The position numbers were made by a program, and so were the translations under genes. From contig CM106586.1 of NCBI GenBank assembly GCA_048013815.1, positions 1,302,001 through 1,366,000 of the forward strand: 64,000 nt of DNA. Reading direction: 5' to 3'. Shown one piece after another: positions 43,309 to 55,462 of this stretch. Positions within the stretch are counted from its first letter, which is position 1. Each line of letters begins with the position of its first letter. The stretch comes from Setoptus koraiensis. Taxonomy: Eukaryota > Animalia > Arthropoda. Below the pieces are notes generated by a model. It saw only the letters and a list, made by a program, of their open reading frames with translations. It searched no databases and was not told the DNA's origin.

Positions 43309-44292
43309 ATGCTACCATCCTCCTGGTTGCGCTTTGGCAAATCACGTCAAAAGCACCATCAACGCCAACAACAGCAGCAACAACAACAGCAACAACTAGA
43401 GCAGAGCAACACAGGTGAGCAAGTCAATCAGCAAACAGCAACATCATTAGCAGCGGCAGTAACACCATCAACATCATCAAGCAACGTCATTTCTGGCAAG
43501 ACAAGCGCCAAGAGGCAACATTTTCGGGGCCGCGCAGAAGTATCGCCCCCATCTAATACACAAACTGCCAACACTAATTCGGGATATGTGCACATTATAT
43601 CCAATTTCATCAATCGAGCTGTATCGCTGACTTCGTCATCGTCGACCGCAACAACTTCACCACAATTGCCACATGTGATTAAAGCGGCATCGACAAGTGC
43701 AGGCAACGGCGATAACACAATCGATAATGAAACCACAACAACCAGACCACATTGCCAAGATATTCTCTCTAGCCTTTCACAGCAACCAGCTACTTCCTGC
43801 TCCTCATCTCAACGTGTCACCGCCCAAATAACCACTGGCTCATCTGGCTCATCAGCATCTCACAGTTCAGTAGCTCGCCAGCAGAGCGCGGCCGCCGATG
43901 ATTGCCAGCGAGCGACCATCACAGCAAATGCCAAGCCGCCCACAAGCTCGCCGGGCCACTTTGATTTTATCCCGTGGTGTAGGCACCATTCAAAGACATC
44001 TTCTGTGCCAGCGACACAGCAAGATGTTGTTGGCGCAGCCGGACAGCGACATAACCGCAAAACAGCACCAAAGAGTCGCAGCCGGTTATGTGCAACAGCG
44101 GCTGTATCAAGAGGCAAGGTAGTGGAACAAACAGGTAGTGGCGCGCCCTCTAAAAAGTCGACAAATGTCTGCGCCCGTCAAGTGACAAGATCAACGAAAT
44201 TGCCAAGCTCAACAACAAGCAAAACAGAAACTGACCGAGCGGCGACAGGCGATGAAAATTCTCGAGTCGTCGGACAAGCTAGTCGAGCAACG
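43309..44292 (+). CDS. Probable first coding exon of a large spliced gene (Q/S/T/A-rich disordered N-terminus)
   Basis: 328 open codons from ATG, with poly-Q and S/T runs and higher GC than the flanks; ends at a strong donor ACG|GTGAGT (phase 0). Confidence 0.6.
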
Positions 44293-44891
44293 GTGAGTGT
44301 TCAAAATTGAATTAATTTAATGCCATTCCATTAATGATTTCAGACCGCAACTATCCGCTGCAAATAGAAAGTATTACGTTTCTTGCGTTTCTCTTGGTCC
44401 CTGTGGTTCAAGTGGCAAAAAAAAGAAAAAATCTTTAGGCTGCTACAAAACTCCATCCATTTCTTCTGGTTGCTCGCTAGTTTTGAAATTATTGTCGATT
44501 GCAGTTCGTATCGGTTCGGCACACAAACACTAGGTGTGTACGTGCGGACTGGTGAAGCCGCCGACCTAAATGGATAGACAGTGGCTTTCGCTCAATCAAA
44601 CTGTCTGACCTCGTTTGTATCACGAGCGAGCAAACGATAGAACTTATATTTTTGGTGCCAGACCCATCCATCCAACAAGGGGCATTCGCAGGAAGTTGGA
44701 ACGTGTCTACCAGACGTGTGTACTTTGCTACTTGGTGGAACACGTTACGCTCGTTGGCCGCTGATTCTAGCATCGCGCTGTAATTTCGCCTGCAGTTTCT
44801 AGTTGCTTATTTGTTATCTGTTGTTGTAAACTTTATGCAAATTAGTTCATCATCATCTCTATTTCTCATCTCTAGCTGGCTTGTTATGTTC

Positions 44892-44976
44892 GCTGTTGTG
44901 CTGTTGTGCTGTTGTGCTGTTGTGCTGTTGTGCTGTTGTGCTGTTGTGCTGTTATGCTGTTATGCTGTTATGCTGT
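44892..44976 (+). repeat. Octamer tandem repeat (GCTGTTGT)7 (GCTGTTAT)3
   Basis: Units counted directly. Confidence 0.9.
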
Positions 44977-45337
44977 GCGTTTGTCCATCAGAGCTGGACG
45001 TTCAGTTACTGTTGCCATTAGTTAAACTTTCGCTCTCTCTCCCTTGGATATTGCGCAAGAATAATGAATAGGATAAAATTTGAGCAACGAACACACGCAC
45101 AATCATCATCTCCATCATACGTTTGCGTCTGGCTAGAAATTCGCATGACTAGCTGGACGCGCAAGCTTGTTAGCCAGTTTGAATACATGAAATGCACGCG
45201 AATTGCAGATTAGAGAGGGACCAGCAGAAAGCAAAAAAGTTTGGCCACTAACCTAACTGACCTGAACCACTGTAAATAGGGCACAGGATTGTGTCGTCTG
45301 ACACACGATCAGCCATTTGGAAGAAAAAATTGCGCTT

Positions 45338-45682
45338 GGTTCGGTTCGGTTCGGTTCGGTTCGGTTCGGTTCGGTTCGGTTCGGTTCGGTTCGGTTCGGT
45401 TCGGTTCGGTTCGGTTCGGTTCGGTTCGGTTCGGTTCGGTTCGGTTCGGTTCGGTTCGGTTCGGTTCGGTTCGGTTCGGTTCGGTTCGGTTCGGTTCGGT
45501 TCGGTTCGGTTCGGTTCGGTTCGGTTCGGTTCGGTTCGGTTCGGTTCGGTTCGGTTCGGTTCGGTTCGGTTCGGTTCGGTTCGGTTCGGTTCGGTTCGGT
45601 TCGGTTCGGTTCGGTTCGGTTCGGTTCGGTTCGGTTCGGTTCGGTTCGGTTCGGTTCGGTTCGGTTCGGTTCGGTTCGGTTC
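45338..45682 (+). repeat. Perfect pentanucleotide array (GGTTC)69, equivalent to (TTCGG)n / (AACCG)n
   Basis: 345 nt of uninterrupted repeat; it produces the spurious RTEPN and FGSVR ORFs. Confidence 0.98.
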
Positions 45683-48600
45683 GGCCCGATGGGGTAGGAT
45701 GAGCCGCTGTGCAAGGGTCATCGGGCCGATCTTAAGCAGCAGCCCCGGCACTGCAAATAGGAGCAATCTGTGTGGCTCCTTTGTTGACGAAGCCAACTTG
45801 CTTGGTAAGCTCTGCATGCTGGTTTTGGAGTTTCTCTTCGGGTTCGGGCTCTGGTTGCTTTTATTATTATTGTTATTGCTATTATTACTATTATTATTTA
45901 AGCTGGCTGCTGCTTATGGTCAACGTGTGCCGTCTCATTGGTGGCGATGACGACAGCCAACCGCAGATGGCGAGCACCATGCCTTGCAAACAGTATATAG
46001 TTCATGCATGGGCCTCAGCGGCCACTGATATTGGTAGCAGTAACATTATAGGACAGAGAGTTATCAAACAAATGGGGCCAAGTCGACCAATAGACGAAAC
46101 GACTAGCACAAACAGTATGATGTTGCTCACCTGGCTTGCGATAATGGCAAATGATTGGATATCATTGATGAGCTCAAACTCATATTGGCGCCATCAGAAT
46201 CACAAGCAGTGAGCAGCGAACAGCGAACAGCAGACGGACTAGAAGCAGTACTAGTTATTTGCTTATTATTGGTCAGTTATTCTGAATATAAAGTCGCCTC
46301 TCACTTACTCTTGCCTCAATCCAACTTGACTGGCCTCACTCGCCGGGCGCATTCGTTGGAAGCTGCACTTCGTATGTTCGCGTTCGAGCATAGACTGCAC
46401 CACCAGTGTCTGCGGTGCAAAGCTCGTCTAGCTCGTATGCTCGTGAGCTTGCTTATCTTTTTCTTTTGCTGCTTCTTCTTCATTCGATTCCAGCGAGCCG
46501 TCAGTTAGCGCCCAATTGGTGCGACCCCCTATTTGGGAGGTAGCCAAGCGAACGCAGCTAGCTCACCATAAAAAGGTATCATAGCGGCAAAATGGTCTAA
46601 CCCTGTTCGCTTGCTCGCTCCCTCGCTCCCTTTTTTCCCTCCTTCTCTCGTCTGCTGCCCAACAGATCTCGCCAGCGGGCCAGTCAGCCTATTATCGTGC
46701 GTCCACGGAGCGGGCAATCTCATAATAAGCGAACCAAAGCGAGAGAATGGTACCCAGCGCAACAGAGAGAAAGAAGCTAGCTTCTGGCACATAATGGAAG
46801 GGGAAGCGTCTGGCGGAAAAAGCTAGATCATAATTCATCATAGTCAGAGTGGTCGGAGTGGTCAGAGTGGTCAGAGTTTGCTTGATATACAGTTCGAGAG
46901 TTATGTGATTACAAGCATGTGAATCAGTCCACTTTGATATTCGCCACAATCTACCTGCGAGCGTTGTCCAATACTGTCCTTGTTGCTTAATACATAATGC
47001 TACAAACGTATTACGCAACACACACACCTCAACATTATAGTTCAACTTCAACTGAATCGACCAAAAGGAGATGCTACTTAACAATTTACTAGTACACACG
47101 TACAAACTCCCATATGCCCATCTATTCTTGATAACTTGCATAAAATAGTCTCGCTCTGATAAGGCTCAATGAGGCTTTCACCTAAATGCACCCTTAAATA
47201 TTCATATGAGTACATGTGTATATGTGCCCCTCGCTGAGTGTATCTCGCCATATTCGCCAGTTTTGTGCCCGCACACATACGCTGCATTTTTCTCAACTCG
47301 CCGTTCGGATTGGCTTGACCCGATCGAATGGACAGTTGAGCAAGTCGTGGAGGAAACAGGCACTCGCGTCGTCTCGATCCGTACCCTCAGTGACTGTTTT
47401 CTTAGAGTCCAGGTACAAATGAGAATCGGACCCCAACCCGGTGTCATCCACTCGGGTTACCCACTCACCATTACTTGTATTTACGCCTTTCGGGAGAAGT
47501 GAATCTTACACGTTGAATGAAATTTGCATAACTTTAAGAGACAAGCGGCCATGCTATATAACGTTAGCACTTGTCTCTGGAATTTTCAACTTCTGCATGA
47601 ATCGCTTTAGTCCCAGATATCGTTGCGATTGACAGCATACCTTTTGTTATTGTTTGTTCAGAGGAACTTTTTGCAACTACCGGTGACTAAGGCGAACATT
47701 ATTGGTAATTATTCTTGTGAAAAATCGTCATGAAGCCACAACTTTTTTCGCTCAATAGGTTGCTATGAGGCGAAACACTAACTTTTTCCGATACTTTTGT
47801 AGACATGATTGCAAAACATGGTTTTTATTCGACTTGATTATACTAGAGCCTACGGTTTAGCCTAATTCATATTCCATTATATTTTTATGCAAAGTCAGGA
47901 TACTGAATGATTTCGCTAGAATGAAAAAAAAGTTCGAATCGATTCATCCGGTCGAAACGAATACGTCTCAAACGACATACTGCTGCATCAATGCACGAAC
48001 AATTTTGCTCAGATGCGAGCGTTGAAGGTTTCCACAGAACCTGAAACGAATTTATAATATATATAAGCCGATTCTGTTGGCCTTACTAAAAATAAATAGG
48101 GTCTACGAAATCGATTTTTAACAGAAGAATTTCGGCTTGTGGCAAAACTCTGAAAAGTTTGTTGTGGGGATCGTCAGCTACTGACAATAATCTCTCTGCA
48201 TAGTCATAGAAGTAGAAAAAAACTGCCTCAAAACAGATATCGGGGCCTTTTTTGAGGTACCTTCCATTGAATAAAATAGAAAAAAATTGGCGGTAGTAAA
48301 ACCGATTTACTCCGGCGGTGAGAGCTGATTTGGTAGGAACTCCACTAACAAATAACCCGAAAGACACTGTTGGAGGCAAAAAAGGGATCGGGCCGAGTTC
48401 GGTTCGAAGTTCAATTTGATGATGGAATAAATCGAGTGCAAGGAACCGATTCGACTACCTAGTCGCATCGGTGGCTACCGATGTGTCCAAATGTTGCTGT
48501 ATAAATTCCACCACTTGGATTATAACAACATCGGCTGGCATGTTATCGCCCGGGAGGTCGATATCATAGTTATAGCTATGCCTCTGACAAAAATCAACTA

Positions 48601-51600
48601 GCTTAACTTAATTAATCTAGATACTAGAGGCGGTAGCCTATTAGCGATCGAGAGCAGATGTTGGTTGCGTGTTGCTGTTTGTGTTCGCATAAGTCACGAT
48701 AACTCAAACAGCTGATAGTTGATAAGCATTGCCAGAGGCCACGTCACTTTAACGTCATGCGAAATAGATCAGATCCGAGTTTAGTTAGTTATTTTCTGAT
48801 TAATTTAGTGTCTAATCACCGGTATATATATATACAAAAAGAATGGAGATAGTGTATTGTGCATTCGAGACACTTGATTACTGTGCAAGCAAACTAGCGG
48901 TATCAATATAGATGCTAGAATGTTTTATTGTAGACTTTTATTGAATTGAAACGAGCCGATTTGTATACCGACTCGAAGCGTTTAATATCTGCACACCAGC
49001 CAGCATACTTTGAAACACGCTAGTAGTAGACTTTATCTAGACTATCTATTATGAAAAATTGCGACTAACAGCGGGGAAAAACATTTTTAGATTCATTTAG
49101 TTGTCTGTGTGTTGGTGGCAGCAACAACAGCAACAACAACAGCAACAACAACAACAACAACGACAACAACAGAGACATCATATAACTAGACTGGATACTT
49201 ATTTAGCCAGTTGAGGCTGCGAACGCTTGTCGCTTCGTTGCGGTGTCTCGCCTATGTATTTACCAATGGCAAGCCAGCTAGCAAGGCCAGAATGGCTGGC
49301 TGGCTGACGGCAACAGTGGCATTGTTGTGCATAGATCGCATATTGGAAACGTGCCATTAGACATGATGTATGTGATCATTATCATCGACCTAGATAATTG
49401 CACTTTGGCTCTCTTGCTATACATACACACACACACACACAGCGACATGCCACATATACTGTCTATGTCTATGTGATCTAGACTAGATTGGCGCACACTG
49501 GCTGGCCACGGATAATATCCGAGGCTCTTGCCATTTCTTTTCGCTCAATTATTATCTCCCTCTCGTTTGGTCTGCCAACTCACAACTCTCACTCCCACAT
49601 ACAATCTGCCTGTGTGTCGCCTGTATGCATCTCGCCAGGGAGGCTAGCTGTCATATGAAACATGGAGGCTTCGCTTTTAATTGTTATTGGAGTTTGTGAG
49701 TTGTCGCTATGATCCGATGCCCGCCCGATGCGTCGCTGTGTTGTGCTTTCGTAAGCGCGTTGTGATATCGCAAATATTTGCAAATCTCCGGCTATGCGCC
49801 TCAGGTGGAGAGCAGAGGAGCGAGCAGCAGCGCCAGATCGGCGCATTCGAGCATTTTTGAAATTGACTTATCGACACAAACAAGCGGCCACCGAGAACGA
49901 GCACAGAAAGAGTGAGCGAGAGAGAGAGTTGAAGCGAAACAAGTCAGGCTCACAAAGCCAGCTTCTTACTCTTGCGGGCCCCCACACAAAACTACTATAA
50001 TGAATTGTGTCGGACGACGTTACGCCCTCCATTTCTATTATAGTGCGTGCGTGCGTGTGTGTGTGTCACAGCATTTGCAAATTGACATCTAGTCTGTTTT
50101 TTGTTTTGGCCCCCTGTTCTTATTATGGCGGCTAGTTGAGCTTGTGGTGGTGATGGTGACGCTGGTAAAATAACAACCAGAATAAACTTTGGGGCCGCAA
50201 AAACAGCATTAGAAGCAGGCACAGATTTCTGCAACTGGCAAGTTGACATTTTGGCCAGCCTTCGCGGGGTGCGCATGTCGTTATCTCGCGATTGCCATTT
50301 CACCAGCTCACCAGCACACCAGCTCACTTGCTGGCTCGCAGCTTGGCTCTCTGTAAAAGCGATAACAAACAAATCGTAAGCGGCCTTCTATTCTCATTAA
50401 TGATTTTTGCGCTCGCACTCTCACTCACTCTCTATTTCGGCTTGTTATTTTAGCTGTCTGATTAGCATGAGCAATGCAAAGGAATCACTTGTGCCTTTAG
50501 GTTGTGTGCATTGAGGCCACCAGTCGTAAAGCCAGCGAGGCCCTTTTTGCCTTAAGGGGAAAAAACTGTTTACTCTCGCACAAAATTACTTGTTGGGAGG
50601 CCCACAGCTAAGCAGCCAACAAGACAAAATCACCGCCATCCATGCCATAAGCTGCTTGCGAATGAGCTGTGAATTATCCAATGTATCGCCACTTTTGTCT
50701 AATTTGAATTTATAGTTTCTTGTCTGCTACTTGGCATCGCTTTTCGGTGCGACCAGACCATTAACAAAGCGACCTGCTGCGATTTGTTAGCATTTGTGAG
50801 CAGCAGTCGTCGCAATGTGACATACGAGGCCGCCAGGTATGCGCGTCTATCGCTAATTATTGGTACATTTGTGTGTACAGTTGGCAACTTATCCAACTAC
50901 AGCTATCCTTTGGAATAATCGCTGACCGGGTGTTATGGTGTCCCCCAGACAAGCACACTCACCGAAATGGGCGTCAGATTCAAATCGGAACTTTCTTTTC
51001 GATTTTTGTGATATACTAAAATAGACAGTGTTGCAATGCAACGTATCTTTTCGATGTCTTCAAGAATAGGGGAAAGCAATTAGTTTCTGCAATGATCGCA
51101 ATTCTTTGAAATAAATTCAGAAATTCACGCCTGCTTCTAATGCTGTTTTTGTGGCCTCAGAAGTTATTTTTTTATCGACTTTTCACAACAATGACACTCT
51201 AACAACGAAATTCGGATCATTCGTTGTCTGGTAAGTTCGTTGTTCGATGCAGCTGTGGGCTTGAATCATTTCGTCGTTGTAAAAATGCTTTATTGTGATG
51301 CAAACGTCACCTGAGACCCATCATGAGGCATGCGCCTGTTATTTGCAAAATTTTGCAACAATTTTTTTCTGATACGGAGCTCTTTTGTTTTCTACAGTAG
51401 TTTCTCTAGTAGTTTTCTGTAGTTATTTGTCGTCCACCAGATTAACGATCATTTGTCACACGGATAACTTACTATCCAACGGTTATAGATTATCTTTGAA
51501 AAATCAAAGTTGTCTTAATCTGTCTGTTTGCGTACTCATTTACATACCAACTCGTTTCTAGGGCGTTGTGTCGTCATCTTCAGTGTTTTTTTCTAACAAC

Positions 51601-51760
51601 AGATGCTTACCACTATCTTTTAACCTACACGACTAGCTACCCAAAATGTCTCATCAAGCAACGCCATAACCACATGTTGACCCATTTATCTTATCTTTAT
51701 TACCGTTTTAAAATTGTTTACTCGCCCGTATGACCATTTGTCACTGAATAACATTAGCAG

Positions 51761-51956
51761 AATTTAATCGAGGCGCAACGAAAATCAGACCGTAAGCAAA
51801 TTGTAATTGGCGATGACAGCGCCACTTTGGCTGCAACAACAACGCCGCTAACCAGTGAAGGAACAAGCTTAGCAACAACATCAACATCAACAACAACAAC
51901 CAGGCTGCCACGAAAGCAGCCAACCAACAGCTATAACGTCAACAACAAATCTCAAG
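51761..51956 (+). CDS. Candidate internal exon of the gene starting at 43309 (S/T-rich)
   Basis: Acceptor ACATTAGCAG|AAT; open frame NLIEAQRKSDRKQIVIGDDSATLAATTTP...NNKSQ; donor CAAG|GTGAGT. Phase 0 in, phase 1 out, and the composition matches the 43309 exon. Confidence 0.45.
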
Positions 51957-54169
51957 GTGAGTGATTGTCACAACTGCTTTCCAACATTACTATTGATTTA
52001 TCAATTAATTAATCGAACGCGCACGCAATCAACTGCCTGCATAAGCTGAGCGGCAGCGGAAGGCCGCCCCGTGCTCCCAAAGTGCGCGAATCCATTCTAA
52101 TACCTATGCACTGTTCTGCCGTTTCCGGCGCCCCAGGCCCCAATTCAACTCACTGTCTGCGTATGTGTGCGTGTGTTGGCTGTTTTTCTCTACTCGCGTA
52201 GCGAATGCCAAATGCAGCCGAACGCGCACATTTTGGTACATTAGCAAAATGATTATGTTGATTTGCCGGAGGGAACACAAACCAACAAAATGAATTGCCT
52301 CAATTCCGCAATCACCGAATTTGAGAATCGCAGTCTTAAGCCCTCTACTGGCCAGTGCAGCTGTGTGCTGTCTATTTTAGCTAGCTCAACAATAATAACG
52401 AGTCGGCATTTTTGCAATTATCTGTGTGGCTAATGGGGGCAACGGCCAAAGAGTTGAGTGAAAATTTGCTCCATTGAAGCCCGATGAGACCGCTCACCGG
52501 AAACGCTCTCATCCAGCAAGCAATGAGCAATTGCCAGTTTCGATAACACATTGTGCACAACGGCTTGCCAGGCTCGCTTTTCGAATCACTTTGGTGGCTT
52601 TAACCTCCACTCGACAACCGGCCGACAACCGGCCGAGGGCCAGCAGAGGCCATCAACTAACTGGCAAGGATAGCACTAGAAAAACAACCTAGGGCCTCTC
52701 TTTTGCAGATCTTTACACACACTTGATATACTTGACGTATGTGGAGAGATATTGTATAGTTGCTGTTGTTACTGATTTATGGGCACACATGCGTGTTCTC
52801 GCGAATATAAATCAACAACAGACGTCAAATATTACCAGTCTTTATGTACAATTAATAGTGGCTAGACAGGAGCTGCACACAACGTATATGAAATCGGCAA
52901 TTGCACATGTTATTGGTTGTAGTTTCATTTGTAGTTGTTACCAAGTAATGGTGGTAGCGGTTGTTGTCGTTGTCATTGTCGTTGTTATTGTTGTTGCTGC
53001 TGCTGCCGAGATCGCCGACGATGCACAGACAATTGTAATGTGAATGTACACTTTGTACAAATCACTTCTTTTCAGAAAAGCTGGACCCTCTTTGGCCGTA
53101 ACGCTTGACACACAAACACAGTTTAACAAATGTCTCTACACTGCCCATAATAACTCGTAGTTTACAAGTACACAATTCGATGCGAAGCGCTCGTTTAAGC
53201 GCTTGAAATCTAGCAAAACTCGCAGAAATATTTAATTTTGATTCTCTCAAATCATAATTCATAATGCGAGTACATTTAGTTCAAATAACTCTGCATCGAA
53301 ACCTGACTTGTTCATTGAAAAGAATCATTCCATCTCAACACGTTTCTATTCAGAGTTTGAACTAAACAACCAAGCACAGCTGAATCGGTGATCTAGTTCG
53401 AGAAAGGGTTCGTCTCACACGACATTTCATGATCCGCTCTAACACGGGCCTCTAAAAACCCCTATAATCTGCTTGAGAGGTCCTGTCGAAAAAAAAGGGC
53501 TGTAGATAAGTTGTAAGTCGATCAAATGTCGGTGTTATCTCTAGAAGAAATTCTAAATCGAACAAAATTTTTCCAGATACCGAAAATCTCAACTTGTTAG
53601 TTCAGATCAGTCGTTACACACCATTTCCATTTCAGAGCTTTTGGGGGATAGTATGAATTCGATGTATGATGAATTCTGTGAAAAGTTTCAAAAACGAAAA
53701 ATAAAACGGATAAAATTACACATTTATTTGTTTGCGAGGAAATGTTTATGCAATGTTTTGAGCGTTGGATTCGATCACCTCAGGAGTGTTACTTGTGGGG
53801 TCAAGTTGACAAATACATGCAATCGGAGAGAGAAAGAGAGGGAGCTTACGTGATTTTCTGTAGCGAAATGCGCACAGAACTCTTCTGAAACGATGTAAGT
53901 CACATCGTTCCTCTCGGGATGGGTTTTGTGTGCTCTGAGGTGGCAGAGGAAGAGTTGTAGTGCTGAGGCGCGTCACGGCCGCGTTGCCCCACAACATGAA
54001 GCCGATCAATACCGTCTTTGGTTTGTCTGTCAGAATGGTTAGTTAGTTGGTTGCTTTCTATCTACGCATGTAGTAAGAGAAGCTTCAACTGGAAAGCATC
54101 TTACTAAGTTGTGTACTGGTGAGTCGAGTGAGCTAGCAGCCGTCATCTATTGACCAGTGATCACTGTAC

Positions 54170-55462
54170 TTTCCGGGCAATAATTTTAGGCCTGCCTGAA
54201 ACCCAGGAACGAATTGTCGGAGTGCAAGCGAGAGTATTTGGATAACATTCGGCTTCGATTGTGACCCCTGTCTGGAGAACGCACGTGATCATATGACCCT
54301 CGTCATCCCAAGAAGGCAGCTATCAAATACCTCTCGCTTCACGCTAGAGTGGAGGTCTTTATTTTTCGTCCATCGTGGATTTTATCGTGGTTTATTCCAA
54401 AAAATTTAAACCATTGGCTTTTATTTGGACGAAATGATTAATTCATTTTTCTTATTTTTTTTCTGATTTAAACCATGGTCTAAATGCGTGATTTTAAATA
54501 AAATGGACGATATGATTTTTATGTCGGTTGGTTTAAACCAAATTAGAATAAAAATCATTACAATCAATGATTTAAATCATTTTGTATTAAAAATACATGC
54601 AAAATTATGACATGCGACACCTATCGACTTCGCGCTGACACACAACTATACATTGTCACTCGAACTAATCAACATGGTTTTAGACCATGGTTTAAATCAT
54701 TTTTGGTTTAAATGGTTTTTATTGCTAATAAAAACCATATAATCCAGAATTTCTGAGTAAAAGCCATTTCAATAAAGCCAAGAAATATTAAAAATCATTT
54801 CGTCCAAAAAATGCCTTTTTTAATCATGGTTTAAATCAAAAATGGTCTATATTCATAAATGCCTAAAATGATTTGATCATCGCCCTTGATTTAATTCATG
54901 ATTTTAATGTAAAGACCCCACTCTACTTCACGCGTCGTAGAGCGCGCGCTTTTGCGCAGCAAAAAGCCCCTTAGGTACCCTGCAATTTATCGCTTTCGCA
55001 CCCAGATCTTGAGTTAGAATCTCGCAAACACTAGCATGGTCGATCTCGAGCATATCTCCTATATTTCTGGACGCATAGCTTGGGATTCTTTTAATCAAAA
55101 GACCTCTTCCATCTGACAAGCCAAAAACCAAACTTGTTCTAGATCACATTTTCCATTTGGGACGTGTCAAGCACCGCTTCCGGTATGTCCTGACGCAATC
55201 TCTAGCTCTTCCAGTTCTATCGTGTTCCCACTAAGTTGAATTTTTTTCGGGCTTCTCATCGGCCATCTTGCGTGATACTGACTCAAAGATAGTGTCGTTC
55301 GGCGCTGATTCGGACAATACAGTAGTAATAACAATGTAAAAATAAAATAAAGCTAAAGAATAAATACGAAAAGAGCAAAAAATGAGAAAGACACCTATTT
55401 CTGACTCTAGACAGATTCTGGGCCCCACGGCCTAAGCATAATTATTTGAATACTACGTCGTA
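54170..55462 (-). mobile_element. Decayed, internally deleted mariner relic interrupted by a hAT MITE
   Basis: Right of the MITE: LIKRIPSYASRNIGDMLEIDHASVCEILTQDLGAKAINCR-VPKGL (HTH and WVP region). Left of the MITE: WDDEGHMITCVLQTGVTIEAECY, similar to WDSEGVLLIDVLPRGETINSEYY of the intact mariner. Possible TIR TACGACGTAGTATTCAAATAATT at 55462. Boundaries approximate. Confidence 0.7.
54345..54925. mobile_element. Non-autonomous hAT-type element (MITE), 581 bp
   Basis: TIRs TAGAGTGGAGGTCTTTA and TAAAGACC-CCACTCTA; perfect 8-bp TSD CTTCACGC at 54337-54344 and 54926-54933; many internal GATTTAAACCA / TGGTTTAAATC repeats; no ORF. Confidence 0.92.

Noticed and set aside
45248-45950. ORFs with RTEPN and FGSVR repeats
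   Set aside because: These are translations of the (GGTTC)n microsatellite in all frames.
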